A stretch of 64,000 bases of DNA. Origin: a bacterium (GTDB lineage: Bacteria; Patescibacteriota; Patescibacteriia; Patescibacteriales; JAKAJF01). The first letter of the stretch is position 1; every line of letters starts with the position of its first letter. Position numbers and translations under genes: made by a program. The stretch covers positions 135,033 to 199,032 of the forward strand of contig JAJYLD010000002.1 in assembly GCA_021788015.1 (NCBI GenBank), written 5' to 3'. The notes beneath the pieces were generated by a model. That model worked only from the letters and a program-made list of their open reading frames with translations, made no database searches and was not told the origin of the DNA. Of the stretch, positions 60,447 through 64,000 are shown one piece after another.

Positions 60447-61469
60447 ATGATACAAAGCGAAAATGAACGCATAATAACCGGAAATGAAGCTCAAGGCGAC
60501 AGGGCACTGGATTTAAGCTTGCGTCCGAAGAAGCTTAACGAATATGTCGGCCAGGAAAAAATAAAAGAAAATCTGGCCATTTTTCTCAAAGCGGCGCAGA
60601 AGCGGGGCGAACCGATAGAGCACGTTTTGCTTTATGGCGCGCCCGGTTTGGGAAAAACGACTTTGGCGCACGTGATCGCCAACGAACTCGGCGCGAATAT
60701 CCGCGTCACTTCGGGACCGGCGATTGAAAAAGGCGGTGATTTGGCCGCCATTCTCACGAATTTGGGCGAAGGCGATATTTTGTTTATCGATGAAATTCAT
60801 CGCCTGAACACAACAGTCGAAGAAATTCTTTATCCGGCCATGGAAGATTACGCTTTGGACATAATTATAGGCAAAGGGCCGTCGGCGAGAACCTTGCGCA
60901 TCGATTTGCCGCGCTTTACGATTATCGGCGCGACGACGAAAGCGAGTCTTTTATCCGCGCCGCTTCGCGACCGTTTCGGTATCACTTATCATTTGAATTT
61001 TTATGAGCATGACGATATCGGAAAAATTATTGACAGAAGCGCGGATATTTTAAATATAAACTTGGAAAATGAAGCCGCTTCGGAAATCGCCAACCGTTCA
61101 AGGCGCACGCCCCGAGTCGCGAACCGGCTTTTAAAACGCGTCCGCGATTATTGCGATGTCAAAGGAAACGGCGAAGTCAACCGCGAACTTTGCCACTCCG
61201 CTTTTACTTTGATGGAAATTGACGAACTCGGGCTCGATTGGGTGGATTGCAAAATTTTGGAAACAATAATCGATAAATTCAACGGCGGTCCGGTCGGTTT
61301 AAATACGATCGCGGCGGCCACCGGCGAAGACGTTTCCACGATCGAAGAAATTTACGAACCTTATTTAATGCAGCTCGGCTTTCTCGATCGCGGTCCGCGC
61401 GGTAGAACGGTAACGGACGCGGCGTACAGACATCTGGGGAGAAGAAAAGGACAAGATAGCACGGTATAA
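60447..61469 (+). CDS. ruvB: Holliday junction branch-migration helicase RuvB
   Basis: [30 protein letters not shown]-type Walker A (GAPGLGKTT), and IDEIHRL. Confidence 0.95.
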   Translation: MIQSENERIITGNEAQGDRALDLSLRPKKLNEYVGQEKIKENLAIFLKAAQKRGEPIEHVLLYGAPGLGKTTLAHVIANELGANIRVTSGPAIEKGGDLAAILTNLGEGDILFIDEIHRLNTTVEEILYPAMEDYALDIIIGKGPSARTLRIDLPRFTIIGATTKASLLSAPLRDRFGITYHLNFYEHDDIGKIIDRSADILNINLENEAASEIANRSRRTPRVANRLLKRVRDYCDVKGNGEVNRELCHSAFTLMEIDELGLDWVDCKILETIIDKFNGGPVGLNTIAAATGEDVSTIEEIYEPYLMQLGFLDRGPRGRTVTDAAYRHLGRRKGQDSTV

Positions 61470-61622
61470 AATTTAATTTTAGATAGATTTAAAATTTCTA
61501 AATTCTAATATCTAATTTCTAAATAAATTCAAAATAATAAAATTCAAAATTTTGATCATTATGAATTTAAAATTTTGAAAAATATTTACGATTTAGACAT
61601 TGGAAATTAGATATTTAAAATT

Positions 61623-61877
61623 ATGACTTTTTCACTTTCGCTTTTTCTCTACGTTTATTTGGTCTTTTTGTTTCTTTGGTTTATTTTCAGTCTTATCGGC
61701 GTTTTTCATATCGTTAAATTCAGCCAGTTTACTTTTATGAGCGTTTTTTCTCTCGGCGCTTATGTTATTTTAAGTCTGGTTATTTTGGGAGTTTCTTTTA
61801 TGTACATAAGACAGATCGATTGGACCACGCAGATAAATTTATTTTCCAATTTTAACAGTTTGAATGCCGGATTTTAA
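61623..61877 (+). CDS. Small membrane protein
   Basis: 84 aa with two or three hydrophobic helices. Confidence 0.35.
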   Translation: MTFSLSLFLYVYLVFLFLWFIFSLIGVFHIVKFSQFTFMSVFSLGAYVILSLVILGVSFMYIRQIDWTTQINLFSNFNSLNAGF

Positions 61878-61986
61878 ATGGTTAATCGGTTGTTTTGTTA
61901 ATATTGATTAACTTTTAAAATTTTAAAATCATGCAATGGATTAACCGGTTAACCAATCAACTATTTAACTATTTAACAAAAAACAT

Positions 61987-62526
61987 ATGATTTCATACGA
62001 TTTGCCGGGCCAATTGCCCAACGAAGAAATTCTCAAATTGGCGCACAGAAGTTTTTTTATATTTTTTAAAGAAATATTGTTTATTGTTCTTCTCGCCGTT
62101 TTACCGGCGGTATTTTTATACTTGGTTGTTATAAATTTTCCAAACTTGTTTGCGGATCAAGTTTATCTGGCCTTGCTTATTTTGGGAGCGAGCGCTTATT
62201 TTCTTTTCATTCTTCTTTTTTTCTTTTTTTCCTTTATCGATTATTATCTTAATATATTCGTGGTTACCAACGAACGAATTTTGGACATTCAGCAAAACGG
62301 ATTTTTCGCCCGCACCATCGCCGAACAAAGAATGGAGAATGTCCAGGATATAACAAGCGAAGTGGACGGCCCTTTCGCGACCATTTTCGGATTCGGCAAT
62401 TTGAATATTCAGACCGCGGGAGAAAAAGACAATTTCTTTGTAAAAAACATAACTCGGCCGAATGAATTAAGAGAAATGATAATTAAACTGGTTGAACAGA
62501 AAAGACCGGGAGAGCCCAGTGCGTAA
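61987..62526 (+). CDS. Membrane protein with a bacterial PH (YdbS/YdbT-like) domain
   Basis: Two TM helices, then DYYLNIFVVTNERILD...VQDI...FGNLNIQTAG. Confidence 0.55.
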   Translation: MISYDLPGQLPNEEILKLAHRSFFIFFKEILFIVLLAVLPAVFLYLVVINFPNLFADQVYLALLILGASAYFLFILLFFFFSFIDYYLNIFVVTNERILDIQQNGFFARTIAEQRMENVQDITSEVDGPFATIFGFGNLNIQTAGEKDNFFVKNITRPNELREMIIKLVEQKRPGEPSA

Positions 62527-62563
62527 CGCATATCTTAACACATAACAATGGTTAGAAGAAAAG

Positions 62564-62626
62564 ATGGATGAATATGCCCATTTGATTTATAAAGTAACAA
62601 AAGTTTTTCCAAAAGAAGAAACATAG
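62564..62626 (+). pseudogene. N-terminal remnant of a four-helix-bundle (23S rRNA IVS-type) protein
   Basis: MDEYAHLIYKVTKVFPKEET-stop resembles the family N-terminus (..IYKLTKKFPKEE..). Confidence 0.35.
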
Positions 62627-62632
62627 TGAAAT

Positions 62633-63805
62633 ATGCGACTTAAAGATTTTGATTATAACCTGCCAAAAAATTTGATCGCTCAAAAACCAATCAGTCCGCG
62701 AGATCGTTCGCGGCTTTTGATTTTGCGCAGAACTCGGATCCGCGCGGACTTAAAAATCGGATCCGCGCGGACTGAAATTGAACACAAACATTTTTATGAT
62801 ATTGTTGATTATTTTAACAAGGGCGATGTTTTAGTTTTAAACAATACGAAAGTTTTTCCGGCAAGATTGATCGGGAAGAAAAAGGAAACCGGCGGCAAAA
62901 TCGAAGTGTTTTTATTGAAAACCTCACCCCAAACCCCTCTCTTAATTAGGAGAGGGGAGAAAGGGGAGAGGTGGCGATGTTTAATCGGTGGTCATGGAAG
63001 AAAAGAAAAAATGGAAATTGAATTTGAAGGCGTAAATACGCGCCGCGGCGCGTCTTTACGAGCGAAAATTTTAAAAGACAATAAGGACGGGACTTGGCTC
63101 GTTGAATTTAACAAAGGCGGTAAAAGATTTATGGACGTTGCCGAAAAAATCGGCCAAGTCCCGTTGCCGCCGTATATAAAACGCGGCAGAGGCATGATTA
63201 ATAACGTTCCTGCGGATAAAAAAAATTATCAAACCGTTTACGCGGAAAAAATCGGATCGGTCGCCGCTCCGACCGCCGGTTTTCATTTTACGCCGAAATT
63301 AATCAAGGAAATAAAAAAGAAAGGCGTGGAGATCGTTTATATCACTTTGCATGTCGGTCTGGGAACGTTCGCTCCGGTTAAAACGGAGAAAGTCGAAGAA
63401 CATAAAATGCACGCGGAATGGTTTGAAATAAAAAAAGAAACGCTTGAAAAAATTCTCGAAGCGAAAAAAGAAAAAAAGAAAATTTTTGCCGTCGGCACGA
63501 CAAGTGTGAGAACCTTGGAAACGGTATTCTCGTCTCACATATCTCATATAGGGCATCGAAAAAAGATACGAAATAAGCAGTACGTGATACGAGACTTTTC
63601 CGGTTGGACGGATATTTTTATTTACCCGGGCTACAAATTTAAAGCCGTCGATAATGTGATTACCAATTTTCATTTGCCAAAATCGACCCTTCTGATGCTT
63701 GTCGGCGCTTTTGCCGGAAGAAGTAAAATCAAGCGCGCGTACGTCGAAGCGATTCGAAGAAAATACCGTTTTTTCAGTTACGGCGACGCCATGCTGATTA
63801 TTTGA
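62633..63805 (+). CDS. queA: S-adenosylmethionine:tRNA ribosyltransferase-isomerase
   Basis: DFDYNLPKNLIAQKP, PLPPYI, AAPTAGFHF, VGTTSVRTLE, and NFHLPKSTLLML. Three repeat-derived segments lie in frame. Confidence 0.9.
   Translation: MRLKDFDYNLPKNLIAQKPISPRDRSRLLILRRTRIRADLKIGSARTEIEHKHFYDIVDYFNKGDVLVLNNTKVFPARLIGKKKETGGKIEVFLLKTSPQTPLLIRRGEKGERWRCLIGGHGRKEKMEIEFEGVNTRRGASLRAKILKDNKDGTWLVEFNKGGKRFMDVAEKIGQVPLPPYIKRGRGMINNVPADKKNYQTVYAEKIGSVAAPTAGFHFTPKLIKEIKKKGVEIVYITLHVGLGTFAPVKTEKVEEHKMHAEWFEIKKETLEKILEAKKEKKKIFAVGTTSVRTLETVFSSHISHIGHRKKIRNKQYVIRDFSGWTDIFIYPGYKFKAVDNVITNFHLPKSTLLMLVGAFAGRSKIKRAYVEAIRRKYRFFSYGDAMLII
62734..62773. repeat. Direct repeat of a 17-mer inside queA
   Basis: TCGGATCCGCGCGGACT occurs twice at a 23-nt period. 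Each unit contains the palindrome TCCGCGCGGA. Confidence 0.8.
62921..62971. repeat. Nested G/C-clamped palindrome inside queA
   Basis: The core is CCCCTCTCTTAATTAGGAGAGGGG (62934-62957). The outer arms are ACCTCACCCC and GGGGAGAGGT. Confidence 0.75.
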
Positions 63806-63840
63806 AACATTTTTGCGCGTTTATTTTACTCGGAACCTCA

Positions 63841-63876
63841 AAATCTGTTATAATAAAAACAGATTTTTATTTTTTA
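63841..63876 (+). terminator. queA terminator
   Basis: Stem AAATCTGTT/AACAGATTT followed by TTTTTATTTTTT. Confidence 0.6.
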
Positions 63877-64000
63877 TGTGGAAAAACCAATTTAATTTTA
63901 ATGCGAAAATTGGTAATTTTTGGTATGAGCGTTAAAATACGCAATGAAAATCATTTTATTCGTTTTGTCGCGACCGAGGAACGGGTTAAATGAAACAAAA

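Noticed and set aside
62734-62773. CRISPR-like spaced direct repeats. The many word repeats in spacers were also considered.
   Set aside because: There are only two 17-nt units with a 6-nt spacer, inside queA. No array of three or more regularly spaced repeats and no cas genes occur anywhere in the window.
63802-63993. A 63-aa ORF after queA, with a possible new gene start (ATGAAACAAAA) at 63991.
   Set aside because: The ORF crosses the queA terminator hairpin and is low-complexity. The putative next gene has only 10 nt in the window, so I did not call either.

Overview
This is a 64-kb chromosomal fragment. GC is about 40-45% in 60-nt blocks I counted by hand. Genes are small and tightly packed. 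There are no rRNA genes, no CRISPR array, and no transposase, integrase or reverse transcriptase.

The gene content looks like a reduced-genome Patescibacteria/CPR-type bacterium; this is inference only.
- **Housekeeping core:** recA, ruvB, smc, infB-rbfA, rpsF-ssb-rpsR, efp, clpP, queA, ychF, a ComM/YifB ATPase, and an Fe/Mn superoxide dismutase.
- **Three TrbC/VirB2-like pilin paralogs.**
- **Mannoside/glycan cluster:** two GH130-type multi-domain proteins, a cupin PMI-like protein, a ROK kinase, a NodB-type deacetylase, and a clan GH-A hydrolase.
- **Other content:** large secreted repeat proteins, four tRNAs (Arg-TCT, His-GTG, Cys-GCA, Asp-GTC), and a stand-alone purD.

The most unusual content is non-coding or sits inside genes.
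1. A ~205-nt structured element occurs twice (11719-11925 and 60191-60395). It shows one compensatory stem change and matches no RNA family I can name.
2. A MITE-like inverted-repeat element is flanked by ATGAAT direct repeats. It sits exactly at the start codons of the PAP2 gene and infB, apparently displacing ancestral leaderless promoters.
3. Almost every intergenic spacer carries a long imperfect hairpin built from short repeated 'words' (ACGAAT/CACGAAA, CAAAA, TAGAAATT, GTAG, CGGAC).
4. G/C-clamped palindromes lie in frame inside conserved genes (queA, a THUMP-type methyltransferase, ychF).
5. A GC-rich island with strong Shine-Dalgarno sites (42.4-43.7 kb) lies between smc and the ComM gene, bounded by a 19-nt inverted repeat.
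6. Native genes mostly use a TGnTATAAT-N6-ATG leaderless layout. The GC-rich genes (purD, the island genes, the 4.8-6.1 kb operon, a 291-aa membrane protein, a Cys-rich mini-protein) carry strong GGAGG sites.
7. The SMC orthologue is short and I can see no hinge domain.

All product calls come from reading motifs by eye. No database search was run.
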